DNA of 32,000 bases, taken from Thermofilum pendens Hrk 5 (GTDB lineage Archaea > Thermoproteota > Thermoprotei > Thermofilales > Thermofilaceae). Location: the NCBI RefSeq assembly GCF_000015225.1, contig NC_008698.1, positions 1,530,001 through 1,562,000 on the forward strand, written 5' to 3'. The position numbers and the translations under genes were made by a program. Below the pieces are notes generated by a model, which did no database searches, was not told the origin of the DNA, and saw nothing but the letters and a program-made list of their open reading frames with translations. Below are positions 1 to 7,861 of the stretch, piece by piece (position 1 is the first letter of the stretch; every line of letters begins with the position of its first letter).

Positions 1-546
1 GACGTGCCCGAGGTAGAGTTGCTGGGCCTCAGGCTACAGCAATCCTTCGTAGCCGGAGGGCTCGCCGCGCTAGTGCTCGTAGCCTCGCTGTACCTTTTCC
101 TCGAAAAGACCACCCTAGGAAAGGCGATGCGCGCCGTCGCCGACAACCCCGTGCTCGCCGAGATATCCGGGATCCCGAGGAACACTATAGTCAACCTAAC
201 CTGGCTTATCGCGGGGGGCGCCGCGGCCGTGGGGGGCGCCATATGGACGAGCTTCTCGGGGACCGTGACGCCGACATCCGCCGACGCCATGATCCTACAG
301 GTATTCACTGTGTCGTTCATAGGGGGGCTCGTCTCGTTGCTCAGGACTGGACTCGGCGCCGTGGCTATAGCTTTCATCGAGAACGTCGGGATAGCGGCGC
401 TAAACACTTACTTCGGCGTGCCTATAAGCTTCAGACCATTCCTGACATTCGTGACCCTGCTCACGATCCTCATAGCCTTCCCGCCTTTAGGCGCCGCGGG
501 CGGGCTACCGTTCAGGTTTAGGTCTAGAAAGGTGAGGGCGGAATGA
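1..546 (+). CDS. livH: Branched-chain amino acid ABC transporter permease, LivH-type (5' end outside window)
   Basis: The frame is open to the window edge. The product is a hydrophobic polytopic C-terminal half. Its stop overlaps the next permease start as ATGA (543-546). livM, livG and livF follow. Confidence 0.8.
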   Translation, partial: DVPEVELLGLRLQQSFVAGGLAALVLVASLYLFLEKTTLGKAMRAVADNPVLAEISGIPRNTIVNLTWLIAGGAAAVGGAIWTSFSGTVTPTSADAMILQVFTVSFIGGLVSLLRTGLGAVAIAFIENVGIAALNTYFGVPISFRPFLTFVTLLTILIAFPPLGAAGGLPFRFRSRKVRAE

Positions 547-1577
547 TAGACGTGGTGGGGTTCCTAATTAGCTGGCTGACCCTGCTCGGGATCTACGCTA
601 TACTCGCGTTAACGCTGAACTTCGAGTCGGGTACGAGCGGGGTGACGAACTTCGGGAAGGTCTTCTTCTACGGGCTCGGCGCGTACGTAGGGGCAACGCT
701 CACCGTTTACCTCTTCCTACTGCTGAACGGGGTCGATGTGTCGAAGACCCCGCCCTACGACGTCAGCGGCATAGTGTTGCTCGGGGAGCTCGCAGGGAAG
801 AACCCAGCCCTGAACCTGGGGCTCCTAGCACTCTCGCTCGCCACAGCCTTCCTAGTTGCAGGCGTGATCGGCTACCTGCTGAGCTACCCGATCATCAGGG
901 TCGGCCCGGCATTCGTGGGCTTCACGCTTCTAAGCACGGGCGAGCTTTTCCGCATATTCCTCCAGCACTATGAGCCCGTCGGGGGTAGCAGGGGGCTCAT
1001 GTCCATACCCGGGCCGTTCTCCTGGGTGCCCCAGCCGAGGCTCAGGGAGGTGCTCTTCCTAGCACTCGTGCTCGCAGTACTCGCGGCTACGTACCTCGTG
1101 ATGGACAGGTTGACGAACTCGCCCCTCGGCAGGACTCTGAGGGCAGTCAGGGACGACGAAGTAGCGGCGCTCTGCATGGGTAAGCACGTGCCGAAGCTTA
1201 AGGCGACGGTCCTCTTCATAGGCTCCGGTTTCAGCGGGGTTGCCGGCGTGCTCCTCGCCTACTACCTAACCTCCGTGAACCCAGACATGTTCGTCCCCGC
1301 AGTTACGTTCAACGTCTGGGCGATGATAATCCTGGGCGGTATGGGCAACCTCAGGGGGGCGCTACTCGGCGCGTCCATATTCACGTTCATCGATAGGGCT
1401 CTCTCCTTCGTAACACCGCAGCTAGGCGTCACGGTGATATCTCCCGACTACGTGAGGGGGTTCGCGGTGGGGCTCGTGATGGTCCTCGTACTGCTCTACA
1501 GGCCGCAGGGGCTACTACCCGAGGGGAGGGTCGAAACTGTGGCTTGGGAGGAGCTCGGGGGTGGTGCTAGTGGCTAA
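543..1577 (+). CDS. livM: Branched-chain amino acid ABC transporter permease, LivM-type
   Basis: 344-aa polytopic membrane protein with LivM-like layout. ATGA overlap with the upstream permease. Its 3' end overlaps the livG start. Confidence 0.85.
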   Translation: MIDVVGFLISWLTLLGIYAILALTLNFESGTSGVTNFGKVFFYGLGAYVGATLTVYLFLLLNGVDVSKTPPYDVSGIVLLGELAGKNPALNLGLLALSLATAFLVAGVIGYLLSYPIIRVGPAFVGFTLLSTGELFRIFLQHYEPVGGSRGLMSIPGPFSWVPQPRLREVLFLALVLAVLAATYLVMDRLTNSPLGRTLRAVRDDEVAALCMGKHVPKLKATVLFIGSGFSGVAGVLLAYYLTSVNPDMFVPAVTFNVWAMIILGGMGNLRGALLGASIFTFIDRALSFVTPQLGVTVISPDYVRGFAVGLVMVLVLLYRPQGLLPEGRVETVAWEELGGGASG

Positions 1578-2346
1578 CATACTGGAGGTTAAAGGTGTCT
1601 CGAAGAGGTTCGGGGGCGTGGTTGCGTTGCAGGATGTCAGCCTCTCCGTGCCGAGCCAGGGCATCGTGGGGCTCATAGGGCCGAACGGTAGCGGGAAGAC
1701 CACGCTCTTCAACGTGGTAACGGGGTTCTACGTGCCGGACAAGGGGGAGGTCTGGTTCAACGACGGGAACCGGAGCGAGAGGATAGACGGCCTCAACCCC
1801 AACGAGGTCTTCGCCAAGGGTATAGTCAGGACGTTCCAGATACCGAGGCTCTTCAAGTCCCTAACTGTGCTCGAAAACCTGCTCGTAACACCCTTCGCCC
1901 AGAAAGGAGAAAACCCCCTCAAAGCGCTGAAGCCGTCGTCGTGGATCGAGGAGGAGAGAGCTCTCGCGAGGAAGGCAGTATCGCTGCTCAGGAGGTTCGG
2001 GCTCCTGGAGTACGCCAACGTGAGGGTGTCGGAGCTCAGCGGGGCCCACATAAAGCTACTCGAGACTATCAGGGGGCTAATGACGCCGGCGAAGCTGTTC
2101 CTGCTCGACGAGCCCGCGGCTGGCGTGGAGGCGGGGGCGGCGCACGAGCTCTTCAGGCTCGTACGGGAGCTGAGGTCGGAGGGCTACACGTTCCTCATAG
2201 TCGAGCACAGGATCGAGATACTCATGCAGTACGTGGACTACGTCTACGTGCTCCACAACGGGCAGCTACTAGCGGAGGGTAAACCGGAGGAGGTTACCTC
2301 GAACCCCAAGGTGGTGGAGGCGTACATAGGTGGTGGGAGTGCTTAG
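1561..2346 (+). CDS. livG: Branched-chain amino acid ABC transporter ATP-binding protein LivG
   Basis: Walker A GPNGSGKTT, Walker B FLLDEPAAG, H-loop region IVEHR. It has the LivG-typical internal insertion and a C-terminal VVEAYIG tail. GTG start (1561, 1564 or 1570 all possible). Confidence 0.9.
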   Translation: MVLVANILEVKGVSKRFGGVVALQDVSLSVPSQGIVGLIGPNGSGKTTLFNVVTGFYVPDKGEVWFNDGNRSERIDGLNPNEVFAKGIVRTFQIPRLFKSLTVLENLLVTPFAQKGENPLKALKPSSWIEEERALARKAVSLLRRFGLLEYANVRVSELSGAHIKLLETIRGLMTPAKLFLLDEPAAGVEAGAAHELFRLVRELRSEGYTFLIVEHRIEILMQYVDYVYVLHNGQLLAEGKPEEVTSNPKVVEAYIGGGSA

Positions 2347-3043
2347 GCTAGTGGACGTCTACTCGGGCTACGGGAAGATGGAGGTGTTGCACGGCGTTAG
2401 CTTCGAGCTCGGGAAGGGCGAGATAGCGGCGGTGCTGGGTCCCAACGGGGCCGGCAAGACGACAATGCTCAACACTATCTTCGGGCTAGCTACGCTCCAC
2501 AGAGGGGAGGTTAGCTTCAACGGCGTCAAGCTGAATGGCAGGAAGCCCTCGGAGATCGTTAAGCTCGGGGTGAGCTACGCCCCACAGCTGGACAACGTGT
2601 TCCCGAACCTGACAGTGGAGGAAAACCTCGTGGTGGGAGCCTTCATTCGGGGCAAGGACCCCGGGATACGCTCCGACATAGAGGATATCCTTGACCTCTT
2701 CCCCGAGATCAAGAGGAGGAGGAACCAGAAGGCGAAGACGCTCAGCGGCGGCGAGAGGCAGATGCTCGCTGTTGCGAGAGCATTGATGACGAGGCCGTCC
2801 GTGCTACTGCTCGACGAGCCCACGTCTGGCCTCTCCCCGAAGGCGGGCGCCACCCTTATGAATAAAATAAAGGAAATACAGCAGACGAGGGGGGTCGCGA
2901 TACTCCTAGTCGAGCAGAACGTTGCCAGGGCGCTCGAAATCGCTGACAGAGCCGCGGTGCTAGTCGGCGGGAAGATAGTCAGGGAAGGCTCGGCGGACGA
3001 GTTCAAGTCCATACCCATCGAGAGACTGTTCTTCGGAAAGTAG
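2330..3043 (+). CDS. livF: Branched-chain amino acid ABC transporter ATP-binding protein LivF
   Basis: Walker A GPNGAGKTT, signature LSGGERQML, Walker B LLLDEPTSGL, LVEQN. Overlaps the livG 3' end. Confidence 0.9.
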   Translation: MVGVLRLVDVYSGYGKMEVLHGVSFELGKGEIAAVLGPNGAGKTTMLNTIFGLATLHRGEVSFNGVKLNGRKPSEIVKLGVSYAPQLDNVFPNLTVEENLVVGAFIRGKDPGIRSDIEDILDLFPEIKRRRNQKAKTLSGGERQMLAVARALMTRPSVLLLDEPTSGLSPKAGATLMNKIKEIQQTRGVAILLVEQNVARALEIADRAAVLVGGKIVREGSADEFKSIPIERLFFGK

Positions 3044-3063
3044 CCTCTTTCTGGGTTCGCGCG

Positions 3064-3774
3064 CTAGCCCCTCAGAGGGAGGATTCTGTCCGGGAAGTTT
3101 GACGCCACCCCGTCTACGCCTCTCTTCTTCAGCTCCGCCGCTGTCGCCGGGTCGTCCACCGTCCAGGCTACCACCCGTAGCTTCAGCCTGTGCGCGAACG
3201 AGACAGCCTTCTCCGTGGCTAGCCTGTAGTGCGGGAGGACGAAGCTACAGCCGAGCCTCTTCGCCTCCAGGATCCACTCGCCGGGCTTGAAGTAGATGAG
3301 CCCTAGGTACGCCCGGGGAGACATCCTGCGGACCTCGGCGAGCGCCTCGGGCTGGAGCGATATGAAGAGGACGTCGCCCAGCATCCCCTTTTCTTCGACG
3401 AGCGAAAGGGATGGGGCCGCCGCCTCGACCTCCTTCAGCTCCAGGAAGAGGGCGGCCTTTCCCTTCACCTCGTCCAGCACCTCGGCGAGCAGGGGTATTC
3501 TCTCGCCGCTACCGGCGTCCAGCATTCGGAGCTCGTCTACCGGGTAGTCCCTGACCCTCCCCCTGCCGCTCGTAGTCCTCTCGAGGGTCTCGTCGTGTAT
3601 GACTACGGGAACACCGTCGGCGCTAAGCCTCACGTCAACCTCGACGGCGTCCACGCCCATCTCCAGGGCTCTGCGCACAGCCCTCAGCGTGTTCTCCGGT
3701 TCGTAGCCGCTCGCCCCCCTGTGGGCCACGACGAAGAAGCCTTCGAAGAGCCTCCCAATGCTCACAGTATCCAT
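3064..3774 (-). CDS. Glycerophosphodiester phosphodiesterase (GDPD family)
   Basis: N-terminal HRGASGYEPENT plus VEVDVRLSADGVPVVIHDETLERTT match the GDPD catalytic His/Glu/Asp motifs. CATAAATAC (minus strand) lies about 20-25 nt upstream of the ATG, which suggests its own promoter. Confidence 0.85.
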   Translation of the reverse strand: MDTVSIGRLFEGFFVVAHRGASGYEPENTLRAVRRALEMGVDAVEVDVRLSADGVPVVIHDETLERTTSGRGRVRDYPVDELRMLDAGSGERIPLLAEVLDEVKGKAALFLELKEVEAAAPSLSLVEEKGMLGDVLFISLQPEALAEVRRMSPRAYLGLIYFKPGEWILEAKRLGCSFVLPHYRLATEKAVSFAHRLKLRVVAWTVDDPATAAELKKRGVDGVASNFPDRILPLRG

Positions 3775-3797
3775 GCGCTAGGCCCCGGTATTTATGC

Positions 3798-4568
3798 CTA
3801 TACGAGCTCCTCCGGTATGTTGTCCGGCTCGAAGGCTACCCTCGGCTGGAGCCCCGCCCTCCTCAGTTGCTCCACGACGTGGGGGTATAGGAAGACGTAC
3901 TCCTCCTCGAACTCCTCGACGAGCGATCTGTCTATCTCGGCAAGCCTGGCTTTGAGCTCGTCGACCGCTCGGGGCTCGGAGAACGACAGCATAACCGCGG
4001 GGTGCGCGGGGACTCCTTCGTCCAGCAGGTTCCTGAGGGCTTCCAGCTGGAGCCTGTAGAACTCCCTCCTCGCCCCCGTCAACAAGTGGAACTCCTCCTC
4101 GCTCGCCCCCTTAAGCGACACCCTTACGTGCACGGAGGAGAACTTCGAGAGGTCCCTCGCCTTCGACTTATCCGCGCCTATCAGTATTCCGTTGGTCTCG
4201 AGCACGAATCGGAATCGCCCGTCCGCCTCCAACAGCTCTATGACTCTCAGCAAGTGATCCCACGCTATCGTGGGCTCGTTCCCGGAGATCCTGACGAGCC
4301 TGTACCCCCTCCTACCGGCTATGGAGGCTAGCCGCTCGTAGACCTCCTCGGGAGAGTAGAAACGCCCGGCACCGCTCGGCCTATCCCTGACCCTCCACCC
4401 CCAGCAGAAGACGCAACGCAGGTTGCAACCCACGCAGTCCGCCGTGGCTATGCCACCGTACCACCTCCCGCCCCTGAACCTGTAGTACCTCCTCTCGGAG
4501 CCCCGCGCAACCATCCTCCGCACGGCCTCCGCGAGGAGGATGGGGTCGTAGCCGCGCTCACCGCTCAA
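3798..4568 (-). CDS. Radical SAM enzyme, unknown substrate
   Basis: CVGCNLRCVFCW is the CxxxCxxC radical SAM cluster motif. ISGNEPT is the GGE-like SAM-binding motif. The start is either TTG 4568 (11-nt overlap with the upstream stop) or ATG 4514. Confidence 0.8.
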   Translation of the reverse strand: MSGERGYDPILLAEAVRRMVARGSERRYYRFRGGRWYGGIATADCVGCNLRCVFCWGWRVRDRPSGAGRFYSPEEVYERLASIAGRRGYRLVRISGNEPTIAWDHLLRVIELLEADGRFRFVLETNGILIGADKSKARDLSKFSSVHVRVSLKGASEEEFHLLTGARREFYRLQLEALRNLLDEGVPAHPAVMLSFSEPRAVDELKARLAEIDRSLVEEFEEEYVFLYPHVVEQLRRAGLQPRVAFEPDNIPEELV

Positions 4569-5487
4569 CTCCGCCCACCCCGCGGCACTCGCGCCTCAAG
4601 GGGCACTCGCCGCAACCACCCCTAGAGCAGTACTTCCTGTCGTGCACGTAGAGCGCTGTCTGCACCCAGCCCGCCAGCCTCCCGAAGCACTCGGCGGCTA
4701 GCCACCTCAAGCAATCTCCGCGCGCCGGGCAGTCCCCGCACCTGTACCTCCTGCACAGCCTCGCCTCCGGCAGACGCACCCCCTCGAAGAGACCAAGCCT
4801 CCGGTTCATGGCGGCAAAGTGCCTGTCGACCGGCGCCGAGGCGGTGTCCGCCCTCGCGAACAGCAAGGTCGCGTCAGCGGTCTTCGGACCCACGAAGCGG
4901 CACCTGAGCAGGAAGAGCCTCAGCTCCGCGCTGTCGCGTGGCCAGCCCCCTGCTACGCACCTGACGGCTTGGGGGAGCCTCCTGAGCTGGTAGCTCCCCC
5001 CGATCCCCGGCGCGAGCTCGGCCGCTTCGAGGGGGTCTCCGCTCATCCTCCAGAGGCGCCTAGCCCAGGAAAGCACGTTTACGTGGTAGCTCGTGGACTG
5101 CGAGAGGAAGACTGCGGTGAAGATGTGTAGAGGGTCGTAGGTATCGACCGAGAGGCCGAGGCCCGGGTACGCCTCCTCGAGCGCTTCCAGCAACCAGTAG
5201 AGCCTATCGCACACTCTGCAAGACTCCTTGACTTCGAGGAACCAGAGGCCAGAGTACTCCTCAACTTCCCCCCTGGGACAAGTTGAAACCACCGTGTCGC
5301 CCCTCTGCGCTATCCAGCACCCAGCCGAGCGTCCTGCCAGCTTGACGTACCGGCCGTCTACCTCCTCGAACAGCGAGAGAGTGAATGAGGGGTAGGGGGT
5401 TAAACCTAGGTCGAGCCCTCTCGCAGGAATTTTCAACGCTGACATCCACCATGATACGCACGTAGCAACTCTAAAACGCTTCCTCAC
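4558..5487 (-). CDS. HhH-GPD superfamily DNA glycosylase-like protein with duplicated C-terminal Cys motif
   Basis: Helix-hairpin-helix FVGPKTADATLLF is followed by PVDRH at the catalytic Asp position. The N-terminal region is AlkA/Ogg-like. The C-terminus carries CX4CX2CX5C twice. Start is GTG 5487, with ATG 5445 as the alternative. Confidence 0.7.
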   Translation of the reverse strand: MRKRFRVATCVSWWMSALKIPARGLDLGLTPYPSFTLSLFEEVDGRYVKLAGRSAGCWIAQRGDTVVSTCPRGEVEEYSGLWFLEVKESCRVCDRLYWLLEALEEAYPGLGLSVDTYDPLHIFTAVFLSQSTSYHVNVLSWARRLWRMSGDPLEAAELAPGIGGSYQLRRLPQAVRCVAGGWPRDSAELRLFLLRCRFVGPKTADATLLFARADTASAPVDRHFAAMNRRLGLFEGVRLPEARLCRRYRCGDCPARGDCLRWLAAECFGRLAGWVQTALYVHDRKYCSRGGCGECPLRRECRGVGGVER

Positions 5488-5504
5488 AGCAAGCGTAGAC
5501 CAAG

Positions 5505-6575
5505 CTATAGCTCCAGCGCGGCTCGCCTGTTCACCGGGTCCGTATACTCGTTGTTCTCGTCTATCAAGGAGTGCTTCTTCAGGTGCTGGAGAACCTCGTA
5601 TAGCGCCCTGTCGCTGACCTCTCTACCCTCGGCCCTCTCCAGCTCTCTCTTCAGCTCGCTCCATTCCTTCACGCCTCTCGCGAGCAACCTCATCACCAGC
5701 CTGTACCTCCTGCTCATACGCGTGGAGAGGAATTCTTCGAGCTCCCTCCTAGCGAGGGCTGTGGCCTCGCTAACTATCTCCTCGAGGGAGCCTTTCCCGC
5801 GTAGCCTCAGGTAGCCGTAGTACGTAAGCCACCCTATTATGCCGTCCAGCTCGTTCACAGCTCTCTCCAGCTCCCTCCCCTCAACCTCGAGGCCTGCCTC
5901 CTCGAAGCCCCTCCTGAGAAAGTCCAGCGACTCCTCCGCCGAGAGCTTCCTCGTCCTAACCTCCACGTAAGCCCTCCCGTAGAGAGGCCCCTCGGGGTTG
6001 CCGAGAACCCCGTAGAGCACGCCCATCTCAGAGCCTGACAGCACGAAGGAAACATTCCTGTTGAAGTCGTAGGAGTGGGCCACAGCGTTTTGCAACGCGA
6101 GCCCGAAGCCCGTCCTAGCCCTCTGAAACTCGTCTAGCACGACCACGACCTTCCTCCCGAGCCTCTCCCCGAGCTCGTCCAGCGCGTCGAAGAGCTCGCT
6201 CAGCAAGGGCCTCCCCCTTGGAGACCAGTCCAGGGAGACCTCGAGCCCCATGAAGCTTACACCCCTAACTCTCGACAAAACCCTTCGGAAAAGCTCCCCT
6301 ACCCCTCCCCCCAGCCTCCGGTAGGTCTCGCCGAAGCTCCTCGACAAAAGTTTGTAGATCCCGGCGGCGGACGAAGCCCCCTCCCTCAGGTCGACGTACA
6401 CGTACACCTCTCCCAGCTCGTTGAGAGCCGTTAGGATGAGCGAGGTCTTCCCAGTCCTCCTCAGCCCCGAAACCACGACCAGAGGCTCCCCGACGAACTT
6501 CTCAAGTTCTCCCAGCTCCCTTTCAAAGTCGTAAAGATCCTCCTTCCTCTCTTTCGGCCTAGGGTCGAATAGCAT
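5505..6575 (-). CDS. Archaeal AAA+ ATPase (PF01637/COG1672-like) with C-terminal winged-helix-like tail
   Basis: Walker A GLRRTGKTSL and Walker B VVVLDEFQ. The N-terminus MLFDPR...FERELGEL is typical of the family. I place the start at ATG 6575. The ORF track extends to GTG 6644, but that extension is encoded by the tandem palindromic repeat. Confidence 0.75.
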   Translation of the reverse strand: MLFDPRPKERKEDLYDFERELGELEKFVGEPLVVVSGLRRTGKTSLILTALNELGEVYVYVDLREGASSAAGIYKLLSRSFGETYRRLGGGVGELFRRVLSRVRGVSFMGLEVSLDWSPRGRPLLSELFDALDELGERLGRKVVVVLDEFQRARTGFGLALQNAVAHSYDFNRNVSFVLSGSEMGVLYGVLGNPEGPLYGRAYVEVRTRKLSAEESLDFLRRGFEEAGLEVEGRELERAVNELDGIIGWLTYYGYLRLRGKGSLEEIVSEATALARRELEEFLSTRMSRRYRLVMRLLARGVKEWSELKRELERAEGREVSDRALYEVLQHLKKHSLIDENNEYTDPVNRRAALEL

Positions 6576-6577
6576 GG

Positions 6578-6613
6578 CTTCCGCACCGGAAGTAACTTCC
6601 GCACCGGAAGTAA
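6578..6613 (-). promoter_or_regulatory. Perfect 18-bp tandem duplication; each unit contains the 15-bp palindrome CTTCCGGTGCGGAAG (candidate operator)
   Basis: The minus strand reads GGCTTATTA-CTTCCGGTGCGGAAG-TTA-CTTCCGGTGCGGAAG-CC-ATG. The repeats end 2 nt before ATG 6575. A TTATTA TATA-like element abuts the first unit. Confidence 0.55.
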
Positions 6614-6682
6614 TAAGCCTGTCGTTCACATGACAGTTTTGCACGACTACGCTTTAGAGGCAGAGCGTACTTCTCCGGAGGA

Positions 6683-7168
6683 CTACACGGAGAGTTTTTT
6701 GAGCATAACCACGTCGTCCCTGTAGGCGTAGAGAGGTCCCTCCAGGTCCTCGAAGACCCTGCTACCCCTCTCGTAGAGCTCGTAGCCTAGCTTCCGGAAG
6801 AGGGCCTGGGAGGCTTTGTTCGACTTCCTGGTGCTCGCCGCCACGTAGGCGCAACCCCTCTCCCTGAAGATCTTCTCTGCCGCCTCGACGAGGCTTCTCC
6901 CAACCCCCATCCGCCTGAACTCCCTCTTCACCGCTAGGTAGGACACGACGCCCAGCCTGCCGTAGCCTCTAGCCTCGGTTTCGTATATCTCCGCGACTCC
7001 CACCACCCTCCCGTCTATCTCGGCGACGAGCGTCTCGAGGTACCCTAGGAGCCTCGTGCTCCAGTACCTCTCGGCCCCCTCGAACGCCTCTTCTAGCACC
7101 TCCATGGCGGCGGGGAGGTCTCCCGCAGTCAGCCACCTGATCAGGGGCTTCGCGGAGCGCGACGCCAC
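6683..7168 (-). CDS. GNAT family N-acetyltransferase (RimI/Ard1-like)
   Basis: 161 aa. The acetyl-CoA binding motif A is present in VKREFRRMGVGRSLVEAAEK (R-x-x-G-x-G). Confidence 0.75.
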   Translation of the reverse strand: MASRSAKPLIRWLTAGDLPAAMEVLEEAFEGAERYWSTRLLGYLETLVAEIDGRVVGVAEIYETEARGYGRLGVVSYLAVKREFRRMGVGRSLVEAAEKIFRERGCAYVAASTRKSNKASQALFRKLGYELYERGSRVFEDLEGPLYAYRDDVVMLKKLSV

Positions 7169-7192
7169 ACGCTTGTAGAGAAGACCGGGGTT

Positions 7193-7819
7193 TTAGTGTT
7201 TTCCCGCATTCTTGAGAGACTCTTCGACCGCGATTAGCACGGCCTTTACCTGTAGCTCGAGCGGGAGGCTGGGTGGGAGGCCCTTCTTCCTCGACGCCAG
7301 CTCCGGCGTGTACGGCAGGTGTATGAAGCCCGCGCGAACCGGCGCCCCCCTCACGTCGGACAGTCTCAGCAACTTGTACATCACGTAGTTGCAGAGGTAC
7401 GTGCCAGCCGAGTACGAGAGGGCCGCGGGGATCCCCTCGGCGCGTAGCCGCTCGACTACACGCCTCGTCGGTATACTGGAGAAGTAGGCCGGCGGCCCCT
7501 CGGGGTCTACGGGCTCGTCTACCGGCTGGGCGCCGTCGACGTCGCTAGTAGAGAAGTCCATGATGTTCAGCGCGACTCTCTCGACTCTCACGTGCGTAAC
7601 GCCGCCGTAGAGCCCCAGCGCTATAGCCAGCCACGGCTTATACTCGGCTACCGCGTTCTCGATCATCTGCCCCGCCCTCCTGTAGGATACCGGTAGCTCG
7701 AGCGCCTTAGCCTCGTACCCCGCCTCCCGCAACCTCCTGGAGGCTTCGATAGCCACAGTCGACGATGGGTTGACGTCCTCCTCTCCGAACGGCCCGAAGC
7801 CCGTTAAGAGGATCCTCAT
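7193..7819 (-). CDS. pcp: Pyrrolidone-carboxylate (pyroglutamyl) peptidase I
   Basis: MRILLTGFGPFG...NPS N-terminus, catalytic Cys context AGTYLCNYVMY, and GFIHLPY. Length of 208 aa fits Pcp. Confidence 0.9.
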   Translation of the reverse strand: MRILLTGFGPFGEEDVNPSSTVAIEASRRLREAGYEAKALELPVSYRRAGQMIENAVAEYKPWLAIALGLYGGVTHVRVERVALNIMDFSTSDVDGAQPVDEPVDPEGPPAYFSSIPTRRVVERLRAEGIPAALSYSAGTYLCNYVMYKLLRLSDVRGAPVRAGFIHLPYTPELASRKKGLPPSLPLELQVKAVLIAVEESLKNAGKH

Positions 7820-7861
7820 ACAGGTACTCCCCGCCGCCAGCCCCTACTAATGCGTATCGCG

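Noticed and set aside
243-2282. Alternative-frame and antisense ORFs inside the liv genes (243-521, 968-1219, 1515-1712, 1728-2051, 1941-2282); similar ones occur inside most other genes
   Set aside because: All lie fully within stronger ORFs that have clear ABC-transporter motifs. Their translations are low-complexity and R/P/S/G-rich, as expected for off-frame reading of GC-rich DNA.
6578-6613. Possible CRISPR-like or minisatellite repeat
   Set aside because: There are only two contiguous units with no spacers, and each is internally palindromic. That fits an operator, not a CRISPR array. No other regularly spaced repeats were seen in the window.
6576-6644. N-terminal extension of the ATPase ORF (MQNCHVNDRLITSGAEVTSGAEA) from GTG 6644
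   Set aside because: The TSGAEV/TSGAEA repeat is just the translation of the 18-bp tandem palindromic DNA repeat. The family-typical N-terminus starts at ATG 6575. I treat the extension as promoter/operator DNA.
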